A stretch of 64,000 bases of DNA. Source: Takakia lepidozioides. Its lineage: Eukaryota; Plantae; Bryophyta. Of the stretch, positions 50,101 through 61,886 are shown in pieces. Within the stretch, counting starts at the first letter, position 1; every line of letters starts with the position of its first letter. The stretch is taken from NCBI GenBank assembly GCA_030704615.1, contig CM060734.1, forward strand, positions 53,010,001-53,074,000. The letters run 5' to 3'. The position numbers and the translations under genes are program-made. The notes below the pieces were generated by a model that saw only the letters and a program-made list of their open reading frames with translations, made no database searches and was not told where the DNA came from.

Positions 50101-50764
50101 TCTTGATCTATGCTGTTCTGCAAATTCTCGTTAGGATGTAGTTCGCAACATCTGAAGCGCCATGTGGTAATGTGTGGATGGCATTGTAACAGGTGCCTCA
50201 ATGTGGGCTGGGCGGTTTTCCGACCGGCACCTCTTTGCCTACGAGGAGGATTCATCCGTGTGGGGATCCCATCTGGAAGGGCTGCAACGGAATGTTAAGG
50301 CTCCCGACAGAGCGGAAGTCTCCTCGGATTCGTCGGAGTCCGAGGAAGACACAGTGGACATTGATGCGGAGGAGAACCCGGAATACGAGTGAGTGCAAAC
50401 ATTGTAAGTTTGCAAAGCCTTCTGGGTCATTTATGTCAAACGAATTTCCCGACTGTGGTTCTCATTAGTCTCGTTGATGATTGTCATGTGCAGGATTGCA
50501 GGGTCCGGGTCGAAACATGTAGGGCCTACACTTCCTGCCAGGAAGAATGTCCCGTTCTTTGCGAGGGCCGACTTCATGACGAGCCCGGTGAGGGACTACT
50601 CCCTTCCTAGTTATGCAGCTAAACTCGCAAATACAGCGATTAGAAGAAGTGAGAATCCCAGTAAAGTAGAGCAGCTCAGACAGGTAGACGAGTACGAAAG
50701 TACATATGTGATTCAGCGGATGAGAGCGACGCAGACAGGGAGGAAGACGACCCAACGGAGGTGA
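47103..50764 (+). CDS. Spliced gene (5'-truncated, one frameshift near 49170): ParB-like N-terminal motif + beta-class N6A/N4C DNA methyltransferase-like domain
   Basis: Exons <47103-47275, 47388-47577, 47678-47962, 48016-48162, 48246-48463, 48610-49728, 49826-50090, 50193-50388, 50494-50764; all GT-AG with matching phases. Motifs FVWDGNHRL, CDMIILDIPDG and RSPAFIQTIMETCTDVEGTVLDLICGT. Confidence 0.75.
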
Positions 50765-51047
50765 GATGGACAGCTCCGCAAGGGGAAGATGGGATTTTCG
50801 AAAGCCTGGCCAACGAGCAGTCCGCTGGAGATGAGAAAGGCACTGAGGGGGTGGAGGCGGAGCAAGACAGTCTAGAACAGGATGAGGATTCGGATGATTT
50901 TCAAGATTAATAGAATTTTAATGAAGTCTCTGTAAATGTAAATTCTCTTTCAGAGTATATAAAGGAAATTCTGCCAGACATTCGTGACCCCTCTCCAGTG
51001 TGCATTCCAGCCACACAATCGCTCAAACCACGACGCTCCCAAAATCA

Positions 51048-51779
51048 GAAATGGGGCACCGCATTTCCAAAATTTTGGCAACTCTAAGAACCTCTTTTGG
51101 AAATGCGGCACTGCATTTCAAAAACAGGGGAGGGACTAAATTTTCCATTTCAATGTTGGCATAGTAAAAAGTAATCGGCCGATTGGAAATGCGGTGCCGC
51201 ATTTCCAAAATTTCCTTTGTCCACACGCCAGTTTTGGCCTCTCCCGCTCATTGCATGGATGCCACCACGCTTACAGAGGTCGAACAAGGAGGTCGAACAA
51301 GGAGGTCGAGATGGCGGAATTGAAAATGCGGTGCCGCATTTCCATATTGGGGATGGTCGTTGTTCGAACTGCAGGCCCATCAGCAAAAATTGGCACCGCA
51401 TTCCATTGTAAAAAAAGTCGATGACGGACATGGAAATGCGGCGCCGCATTTCCAGAACGGACATCGCAATTTGTCCATTTGCAGACCCTCTCACGGAAAT
51501 GCGGTAACGCATTCCATCGCGCTGGTCGGAAATGTCACACTTTTCGAAGTGTTGGACGGAAATGCGGCACCGCATTCCCTTGTCCAAAAGAAGTTTCCAT
51601 TGCCAAGCTGGAAATGCGTCGCCGCATTTGCAATGCCAACCTCGTTGTCTGTCCAATTTATAGACCCGTGTTGGTATTTTGTGTACCTGGACGGAAATGA
51701 TGCACCGCATTTCCTTGTCCCACATGGAAATGCGGTGCCGCATTTCGATGCCGACATGGAAATGCGGTGCCGCATTTCC
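51048..51779. repeat. Array of ~12 palindromic 22-bp motifs with unique, variable spacers
   Basis: GGAAATGCGG(T/C)(G/A)CCGCATTTCC-like copies at ~51048, 51099, 51185, 51322, 51386, 51432, 51495, 51558, 51610, 51693, 51726, 51758. Confidence 0.9.
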
Positions 51780-52033
51780 ATGTCCGACATGGCGTTACTC
51801 TGGTATATTCTTGACACATGACTCACATACCGGTTACTCTGCTATATTCATCCGGACAGACACATTGTAGAAATGAGACATCAAATTGTAAACAATGGGC
51901 CAATTCCGACAGTTATTCAACAGAATGAAACAATCACACAGAAGTGAGGTACGATGGGTTTATTGATCGGACACGATGTCTCACATTTACCAACTGCAGA
52001 CAGAACTAAGCCCTTCCTCCTTCTACATGGGCT

Positions 52034-52612
52034 TCACCAAGTCGACGGAACTTCGATACCCCTCAAAACAAGCTCATCACTGCTGCGGCACCTCGAGGTA
52101 AACTGCAATTCGGTCGTTCTGCTGCCCTTGCTGGAGCCGACGACAATGTCATGTCCATCAATGATACCACCATCATACATTGACAAGGTCACTGTGGGCC
52201 TCATGTGCCCGTGCGATTCGTCTTCGCAACTCAGCCGAATGTCTCCATACACTGGAAGAGCGGAGTGATCTGCACGTATATAGTTTTCCCCGGTGCCGTC
52301 CTCCCTGGTCCACTGACAGCAGTTCCACCGCCAAAGCGAGGCCGTGCGTGATCTGTCCGGCATCCCTTTCCAGCTTGGTATATCGAGGTCAACAATTTTC
52401 AGGACCCACGGACCGCATTGACCCTCGCCCTCACCTCGCTCAAAGCGGTAATAGCCCTCCAGATACTCCATTGCGCGCAAAGACTCTTGCTTGATTCCAG
52501 CAGCGTCTGTGAAAACAGAGAGCCAGACAATGATGTCTCCTGATTCTGGTTTGAACATAGCATAATCGTGGCCATGATAAGGGCAGGCGGCTGGATTTCG
52601 GCGGCACGGCAT
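52034..52612 (-). CDS. Unknown ~190-aa family member B (192 aa)
   Basis: ATG at 52612 (MPCRRNP...); homologous to members A and C. Confidence 0.8.
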   Translation of the reverse strand: MPCRRNPAACPYHGHDYAMFKPESGDIIVWLSVFTDAAGIKQESLRAMEYLEGYYRFERGEGEGQCGPWVLKIVDLDIPSWKGMPDRSRTASLWRWNCCQWTREDGTGENYIRADHSALPVYGDIRLSCEDESHGHMRPTVTLSMYDGGIIDGHDIVVGSSKGSRTTELQFTSRCRSSDELVLRGIEVPSTW

Positions 52613-53143
52613 CCTTGAAAAAGAGTAGGGGAGTACGCTCAATGACAGCAGCTCCCGGATGGAGGAGGAGCAGCGCGGTGGCTGGAAAAAGTTCAAGCTA
52701 ACGCTGCAATTCCTCACAAACACTCCAGGGCACATTTAAAATTCCCCCCTACAGGATCCTGGACCGATGAAGATTGGCTGCTTCATGAATGTAGCCGTTT
52801 CAGTTTCCTACCCTGCCATGCAAACTATGGGCACTCACTGCCAGGTGGGCCGATAGCCACTGGACACGACGAAGTCCATCCCCTCTTCGATGTAAATGCG
52901 GCGCCGAATTTCCATCCGGGGGGATGGACTTCGGTGGCAGATCTCAAACTATAACTTCTTGATGAGAAAGATGTATGGGTTCATCCACCTCCGTCGGTGG
53001 GTACGTGGGACCCAGATGCTCCATTATTGGAGGCCGGACTGCTCTTCCGCTTCGCATCATTTCCAAAATCTAAGGGCTTCGTAGCTGTCCGCAAGGTCAT
53101 TGTCATCTGCATCCAAGTCGTCCTCAGGTCCTCCTTTGCAAGG

Positions 53144-53707
53144 ATGCCGTGCTTCCGGAACCGGGACGACTGCCCATTTGGAGGCATCGATTATGCAATG
53201 TATTCGGCCACATCGGGAGACATTGTTATCTGGTACACAGATTACACAGAAGATACTGGTTCGATTGTGGAAACATTGGTGGCTTTTGAGTATATCGTAG
53301 GCCACTACGCCTTCGAGCGGGGTGACGATCTTGGTCTGAGGAGTCCGTGGCTCCTGCGCATCCTCGATTCCGATTTTCCCAGCTACGACGGTCACCCATG
53401 CAGAAGAAGGCGCACTGCTATGCTGTTGCGGTGGAACTGCTGCCACTGGACGTGGGTGGACTCCATCGGAGAGACCTATTCTCCTCAAGGAGTGCGCTCC
53501 TCTTCTCCATTGTATGGGGACATTCGCATTGGTGTGGACGACGAAAACGTGAAGATTTCCATATTCGATGGTGGTATGATTGAAGGGCAGGACATTGTGG
53601 TGAACATCACTAGGGGCGGTACAACGGCTGCAATTGACTTTACATGGAGGAGCCCCATGACTCATGAGCTAGTTCTGAGAGCAGTCGAAGTCCCATTGAC
53701 AACGTGA
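53144..53707 (+). CDS. Unknown ~190-aa family member C (187 aa)
   Basis: ATG at 53144 (MPCFRNR...); divergently oriented paralogue of B. Confidence 0.8.
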   Translation: MPCFRNRDDCPFGGIDYAMYSATSGDIVIWYTDYTEDTGSIVETLVAFEYIVGHYAFERGDDLGLRSPWLLRILDSDFPSYDGHPCRRRRTAMLLRWNCCHWTWVDSIGETYSPQGVRSSSPLYGDIRIGVDDENVKISIFDGGMIEGQDIVVNITRGGTTAAIDFTWRSPMTHELVLRAVEVPLTT

Positions 53708-54088
53708 CTTGTATTCAGTAGGCACAGGGCTCAAGATTTGATGGCACAATCAGCACAGTAGACGTGCTTCAAATGCAATTCATGTGGATCAATAAAAACC
53801 TCATTGTGCCCTCTTTTTATTCTATTTTGTGTCCATCGTTCCCAGAATGCGTCATTGCTCATTTTGTTTGGGATTAGGAGTGTGGGTGGATTTTGCAAGT
53901 GGCTGGTAGGCTGAAATGGGCCCCCATTGTACAGAGCAGTACCACCCTACCATTCGCGAAACATTGCCTTTCAATATATAATTCTAAATAACATTGCCGA
54001 ACCTCCTTCATCGGGAGGTCCTTCTCCCCCTATGACCGTGGCACCCTAAACCCTATTCCCGCGGACACTCATTTCCGGAAAATAGTGC

Positions 54089-54170
54089 TGCTCATGTTTT
54101 TTTCCACACTTACGACTCTGCTCATGGCTCATGCCGCTCATGGCTCATGGCTCATGAAATAGCAGCCCCC
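54089..54170. repeat. GCTCATG short repeats and sharp island boundary (possible transposon terminus)
   Basis: About six GCTCATG copies followed by AATAGCAGCCCCC abutting the middle of a Gly/Pro-rich gene. Confidence 0.45.
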
Positions 54171-54982
54171 GAAGATTTGGACATGTCGGAGATTATCCCA
54201 ATATCGGCGGCCTCGGTCCAGGATTTCCCAGTGATGGCCTTCCAGGATATCCCAGTGGTGGCTTCCCAGGATATCCCAGTGGCGGGGGAGGAAGTATTGG
54301 TCATTTCGGAGGTGATCCCGATTTGTTTCCCGGCGGCGGTAGTTGAGGATTTCCCAGTGGTGGCTTTCCAGGATATCCAAGTGTTGGCTTTCCAGGACAT
54401 CCCATTGGTGGCTTTCCAGGATATCCCAGTGGTGACTTTCCAGGACATCCCAGTGTCGGAGGAGGAAGTATTGGACATTTCGGAGGTGATCCCAATTTGT
54501 TTCCCGGCGGCGGCAGTCCAGGATTTCCCAGTGGTGGCTTCCCAGGATATCCCAGTGGTGGCTTTCTAGGACATCCCATTGGTGGCTTTGGAGGATATCC
54601 CAGTGGTGGTTTTCCAGGATTTCCCGGTGTGCCTCCTCTAGAAGCTATGGCATCGGCAAGCGGGTATGGTAATATGAAGTACTTCGACGCTCAACATCCA
54701 TTCCTAGGTCATCCTCCTCCGTTTGGAAGTTTTGGACATTTCGGAGGTTATCCCGATTTGTTCCCCGGCGGCGGCGGCGGTACGGGATTTCCCAATGGTG
54801 GCTTTCCAGGACATCCCAGTGGCGTAGGTTTGTTTCCCGGTGGCGGCGGTCTAGGATTTCCCATTGGTGGCTTTCCAAGATATCCCAGCGGTGGCGTTCC
54901 CGTTGTGCCTCCTCCACAAGCTGCGACATGTGCAAGTACTGGTTATGGTAATGAGGTTTATTGCGTTACTAATCATCCATAG
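54171..54982 (+). pseudogene. Gly/Pro-rich gene copy 4 (5'-truncated)
   Basis: Begins mid-gene at GAAGATTTGGACATG; lacks the signal peptide. Confidence 0.85.
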
Positions 54983-56153
54983 TACCATTCTCCTCAGTTA
55001 GAAACTATGGCATGGGCAAGTGGTCATGGTTATCCAGGATTTCAATAGAAGGACTAGGATGGATTCCATATCAGACCCTTCAAGGCTGCAAGATTGCCTA
55101 GTCTACACAGAAGTGTAGCTAGTTGAAACATTCAAAGTTTTTTCGATCTTGTATGTCAGCCATTTCATTTGAATGAATCAAAAATGGTCATGGACTGAGT
55201 TTTCTTTCCCTACAGTCACTGTTGTATGCTTGTTGACGATGGTCATTGGTCTCGATCACTAGAAAGCAAGCGATATTAGAGCAGATTTGTAAAATAGATT
55301 TTCAAAATCCTTTTTTGTTTTCTTTGTTTTTTTCTAGCCAAAAAAGTGGCGACAATGATGTGGCGATGATGACATGGTGACCATGATGTGTCACTATGGC
55401 ATCCTATTCCAGCCCTACACTAAAACTAGTATCCCACCTTTAGTCGTCACTAGAATAATACATATATCACAAGGCCCCCTGAGGGGAATAATATAGGCAC
55501 AGGGGCTGGCCTTAGGGGGTGGGGATTTGACTGCGGGCCCTGCCAGGGGCATCTAGTCTTGAAGGATAGATCAGAGGGACAGGGGCTGCTGGTTGCTCTA
55601 GGCTGATTCAAGTCCCTGTAATAGATGTTCAACTGGCATTTGTCTGCCATCCCTACACTGCTTTGTACTAGGGGGGAATACGGACCGGGAATGTGGTTGA
55701 GAAGGGGGGATTTTTGTCTTTGGGATAAGTGATGGGAAGGCAGCCATCTAATGAGGGGAGCAAACCTCAAATACATTTTCCCATAATAGCTACTGCAGTC
55801 ACATTTGTTCTTGGACATTGTACAATGGCAAAATGGGTTCTTTCCGATGTGGTTTCTTCCACGAAAATTTTGAAGATGATTTGCCAATCTTCTATGCTTC
55901 CTATGCAAATTTAATTTTGCATTGCCAACACTTATGCCAAGCCAGACTGATTTCCAGTCCAAAGATATCTGTGTCAGATGTAAAGTCTCTCCCACTCCCT
56001 CTTCCTTCAGTGTGGTCAGGAAAGCAAGTGAGGCCTAAATAGTCACTCAAACAGGGTCAGCAACCTGACACAAGGAACGCCTAATGCATAGATAACCTGG
56101 ACAGTAGAGGCTGAAGAATGCAAACCTGGTGAAACCAAAACGACCAACCTAAA

Positions 56154-57615
56154 TCATTGTGCAAACAGACTTGACCTGTTCTCTACTGCAATTCTAGATT
56201 TCCGGATGTCATCATGGACCTGTTTCCCTTTTCCCAGAGCTCTGAGGCTGGCGCATGCATTGAGAATACAAGTGAATGTGACCCTGTCGGGCGTCACCCC
56301 ATCCTGTTGCATTTTCTCATAGATCTTGAAAGCTTCCATAGCATCCCCATGCTGAGCATATCCTGCTACCAACGAACTCCACGAGACCACATCTCGTTTA
56401 GCCATACTGGCGAACACTTCACTTGACGCGCCTTCTTCATGCTGCCGCATTTTGCATACATGTCAATAAGGCTATTCTCCAAATTGATATAGGACGCAAT
56501 CCCAACTTTCATGGTGTCAGCATGCACCTCTTTGCTCTTTTCCAGGGCTCCTAGGCTGGAACACGCATTGAGAACACAAACAAACGTGACTGTGTTGGCT
56601 CTCACCCCTGCTTGTTGCATTTGCCTGTACATCTGGAAAGCCTCCCTCCCAAACCCATGACGAGCATATCTTGCTATCAATGCACTTCAGGTGACCACAT
56701 CTCGTGTAGCCATATTATCAAACACTTGCTGGGCATCTTTCATGCTTTGCGCATTTTGCATACATGTCAACAAGTGTCAAGAGTATTCTCCAAATTTATA
56801 TATGACATAATTCCAGCTTTGATGATGTCAGCATGGACCTACTGGCCCTTCTACAAATCTCCTAAGCTAGCATATGCATTGAGAACACAATTGAATGTGA
56901 CCCTGTTTGGCATCATCCCTTCCTGTTGCATTTGCTCCTAGATCTTCAAAGCTTCCCTACCACACCCATGCTGAGCATATCCACGGCACTCCATGAAACC
57001 ATATCTCGCTTATAGCCATATTATCAAACACTTGTTGCGCATCCTTCATGACCCCACATTTGGCATACATGTCCACAAGGCTATTCTCCAGGTTTAAATA
57101 TGACTTTATTCCATGTCTCCTAGGCTGGCACATGCTTTGAGACCGCAGATGAAGGTGATCATGTCAGGGGTCACCCTTTCTCATTGCATTTGCTCATAGA
57201 TTTTGAAGGCATCCTAGGCATGCTCATGCTTGGCATAGCCTGCCATCATCCCCCAGTCCATGTAAGCAAATCTCATTGTCAAACACTTGACGTGCATCCA
57301 CCAAGCTACCGCAGTTGACATACATGTTGACAAGGGTATTGAGTAGATATACTATTGGCTTGCATCCACTTTGGATAATGTAGAAATGCACCTGCTTCCC
57401 TTGTGCTAGGTTTTCATGTTCATACATTCTTGCAAGAGAACGACATATGTATTCCAGTACGCTCGAATGCCTTGTTGGCTTAAAATGTGCAGCACATCTT
57501 TCAGTCGTCCTGCCTTACATAGAATCCTAACATACTGACAAGTGCCAGAGAGGGAACTACCCCTGCCGCCAGTCTCTTGTCCCAAAAACATCTCCGCCTC
57601 ATTCAACCCTGCCAT
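56154..57615 (-). pseudogene. PPR pseudogene A, copy 3
   Basis: Matches 36835-38289. Confidence 0.9.
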
Positions 57616-58129
57616 TCTGCATGACTCAAAACTCTAAATCAAACCTTCAACCTCAAGTGCAACTTGTATTATACACCTAGATGCTTTTAAGAAATATGTA
57701 CTGATGAGGGCCTTTGCGCATAATTACAGTTATAAAACTAGCCAGACATGGTCATTGAGCATAATCTGTACCAAGCACATCTACTCACGTTAAACCTGAA
57801 TCGTCATCTAAACAATACCCAATGTATTCTTGGACGGGAACGCCATGGTGTGCATTGACATAACAACCATGGGATGTCATTGCCAGCTGAAGCTAACCAA
57901 CCCAAGAGAAAGAAAAGATAGAATCTATTACATGAAGATGCACACTTGCTCCTGCATACAAAAGAACAAAACATTAGGATTACATGAAATGGCATACCAG
58001 TGGGCATTGATAATGTTGTTGTAAACGACAACATTAGGGGGTGTGCCCTCACTCTTTGCTCTCTGAAACCAGTGTTCTGCAGCACTTTCCACATCCCCAA
58101 ACACAAGACTACGCTTCGTTCAGCCATAT

Positions 58130-58820
58130 CATCAAACACTTGACGTGCCCCTTTCATGTGCCCACATTTGGCATACATGTTAACAAGGGTATTTTCCAGA
58201 GTTATGAAAGACGCAATTCCAGTTTTCATGAGTCAGCATGGACCTCTTTGCCCTTTTCCAGGTCTCGTAGGCTGGCACACGCATTGACAACCAAAATGAA
58301 TGTGACCTTGTTGGGCATCACTGCTTCCCGTATCATTTGCTCATACAATTGGAGAGCCTCCTTACCCCATCCATGTTGAGCATATCCTGAGATCATCACA
58401 TTCCATGAGACCACATCTCGTTCATCCATAGTGTCAAACACACTACGTGCATTTCTTATGCTCCCACATTTAACATACATGGCAACAAGGGCAGTGCCAA
58501 CAATTCCAGCCGTGACGATGTTAGCATGGAGTCTGGATCTCCTTGCCCTTATCCAGCTCTCCTAAACTGGCACACTCCTTGACAACAGAAATGAACGTAA
58601 CCTTGTTGGGTGTCATCCCTTCCTGCATCATTTGCTGATAGACCTCAAAGGCCTCCCTAACACATCCATATTTCACATATCCTGCCATCATCGTAGTCCA
58701 TGTAAACACATCACGTTTAGGGATCGTGTCAAACAAATGGCATGCATCCACCACGCTTCCACACGTCACATACATGTTGACAAGGGTGTTGAGTACAAAT
58801 AAGTTCGGCGTGTATTTACA
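58130..58820 (-). pseudogene. PPR pseudogene B, copy 3 (internal deletion)
   Basis: Matches 9300-10000; deletion near 58820. Confidence 0.85.
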
Positions 58821-61800
58821 AATAAGTTCTTGACTCCAACAATTGCATCTGATTCAATCCTGCCATCCTGTCTGATTCAAGAACCTTAGTATAGAGTTTT
58901 CCAACCAGACTCCCAAAATATATCTCAAATCTCCTCAGGGCCTCAAGACAGATTTCTTATCAAGACAGGCTTGATGCTGCTTGATTCCAACAATTGCATC
59001 TGATTCAACCCTGCAATCCTGTCGGATTCAAAACTCTTACTATAAGCTTTTCAAGTCAGACTCCCAAAATATATCTCAAATCTCCTCAGAACCTCAAAAC
59101 TCTCATCAAGACAGGCCACATATTAGCAGGTCTACAAAACTAGTTCTGCAGATACATCGTTATTTTGCTGATGATTCAAGGTATCCAACTCAAACAGATA
59201 GAATTGTTACTCTTTATTCTCAATGTATGAGATGTCCTAAACGTCCTCAATCAAGACATCCTCACCTTATCAAACCTGATATTGCACCACTGTGAAAGAT
59301 CTGAGAAGTACTCTTGCCAGAGCTGTTCTGTGATGGGTGTAAGACTACAAGAACATGAGAATTTTGCCTCACTCAAACTTCAAGAACATGCAGTCAGCTC
59401 CACATAAGAAGACACATCTGTGAGGAGGTGGTATTCAAACTCAGTTATCACTCCCATCATCGGAGTCAGTTACACAATCTCCACATCAAAACATGCATTG
59501 GCTCAACATGCCATGAGCATAGGATGTGCCCAGCTTGTACCATCTAAGAAGTCAAGATATAGCATGGACAACTCCTCGGACACCCTCGTATTGGGAGAGA
59601 GGCCAGTACTCTCCTCTCCCTCTTTTTTGGAATAATAAACAGAAGGGGACAGAGGCCCCAAAACGAATTCAAAAGCGCAAGGAGAAATAAACCTTGCCAA
59701 ACAACAGGGGCCGGAGCACTGCCCTATAGTCAGCCCCCTGAAAACAGAAAAAGATAGAGAAAAGAGGGACAAAGCCAAAGCCCCATAGCCCCAAGCCAAC
59801 CACTGGGCCAGCAAGAGCGGAGAACCAAGGGATTCACGCACTCTCTCCTCTCTTTTATGTCATTGCCCTGGGAGGAGCATTTATTTCTCAAGACCACCTT
59901 CACAAGGTGCTAATCAGTTGCCTGATTTTCCAGTATTTTGTTGTGTTCTCCACCGTGGTTCCTTGCTATCCTTCTCTACCCTTTCACAAGCATGATGTGA
60001 CTGGCAGTGCCATCACCAACACAGTTCCCATGTGTGTCAGACTGGGACTGGAGAACGAGTGTTAGAATCAACACAATATTTTTTGGCATGATGTTTACCC
60101 ACCCTCACACAATTACTCAATTCCCTGTGGTATCCACAACAAGGTCGAGGGGGTTACTATCCCAAAGGAACCATGTGTTCAAGGGTTTCTCATTGCCAAT
60201 ATTCGTAGGAACTGCTCATGAGAACATCCTTCTCCGCCATTATCCATCCTTCATGGAGACAGGCATTGCGTTGACGGAATCACAACACTGCTGTCACATC
60301 CGGGGCACTAGCCCTATAATCTTACTCTGACGAAGAACCTGATGGGCTGTCCTCCCCCTAAAGATGGTACGTCACACGGCCTAAGGGTCCACGGAATCTA
60401 TGGCAACGACTTCATTTCATGATTTGAAGGTTCCCCAGTGCCACGATGGCTTGAAATCTGTAGCAGTCCCCTTCGATCTCTTTCGTGTTGCGGTTTTGTT
60501 GCTACTCGTTTCCTCTTCATCTTTTCTTTTCGACAGCGTACTCGGGGCAACTTCTGTTCGCGCAATCGGAAGACTTATCGAAGGCCCTTTCTTCTTGGGT
60601 GAAAGGGCGGGAGGCCTCACATCGTGCAGCAGATTAATGGACCGGGCCGTGGAGTTGAACCCGACGTCCACCTTGGCAACGCCGTGCCCGAGACCCTTGC
60701 AAGTGGTTGTGAAGCCTCCTCAGCCTGCAGGGAGACTCAAGAAAGGTACATTCCGGTAGCCTCTACTGTCCAGGTTATCTATGCATTAGGCGTTCCTTGT
60801 GTCAGGTTGCTGACCCTGTTTGAGTGACTATTTAGGCCTCACTTGCTTTCCTGACCACACTGAAGGAAGAGGGAGTGGGAGAGACTTTACATCTGACACA
60901 GATATCTTTGGACTGGAAATCAGTCTGGCTTGGCATAAGTGTTGGCAATGCAAAATTAAATTTGCATAGGAAGCATAGAAGATTGGCAAATCATCTTCAA
61001 AATTTTCGTGGAAGAAACCACATCGGAAAGAACCCATTTTGCCATTGTACAATGTCCAAGAACAAATGTGACTGCAGTAGCTATTATGGGAAAATGTATT
61101 TGAGGTTTGCTCCCCTCATTAGATGGCTGCCTTCCCATCACTTATCCCAAAGACAAAAATCCCCCCTTCTCAATCACATTCCCGGTCCGTATTCCCCCCT
61201 AGTACAAAGCAGTGTAGGGATGGCAGACAAATGCCAGTTGAACATCTATTACAGGGACTTGAATCAGCCTAGAGCAACCAGCAGCCCCTGTCCCTCTGAT
61301 CTATCCTTCAAGACTAGATGCCCCTGGCAGGGCCCGCAGTCAAATCCCCACCCCCTAAGGCCAGCCCCTGTGCCTATATTATTCCCCTCAGGGGGCCTTG
61401 TGATATATGTATTATTCTAGTGACGACTAAAGGTGGGATACTAGTTTTAGTGTAGGGCTGGAATAGGATGCCATAGTGACACATCATGGTCACCATGTCA
61501 TCATCGCCACATCATTGTCGCCACTTTTTTGGCTAGAAAACAACAAAGAAAACAAAAAAGGATTTTGAAAATCTATTTTACAAATCTGCTCTAATATCGC
61601 TTGCTTTCTAGTGATCGAGACCAATGACCATCGTCAACAATCATACAACAGTGACTGTAGGGAAAGAAAACTCAGTCCATGACCATTTTTGATTCATTCA
61701 AATGAAATGGCTGACATACAAGATCAAAAAAACTTTGAATGTTTCAACTAGCTACACTTCTGTGCAGACTAGGCAATCTTGCAGCTTGAAGGTCTGATAT

Positions 61801-61886
61801 GGAATCCATCCTAGTCCTTCTACTGAAATCATGGATAACCATGACCACTTGCCCATGCCATAGTTTTCTAACTGAGGAGAATGGTA

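Noticed and set aside
51048-51779. CRISPR array
   Set aside because: Spacers are very irregular (about 10-115 bp), repeats are degenerate and in both orientations, there are no cas genes, and the context is eukaryotic
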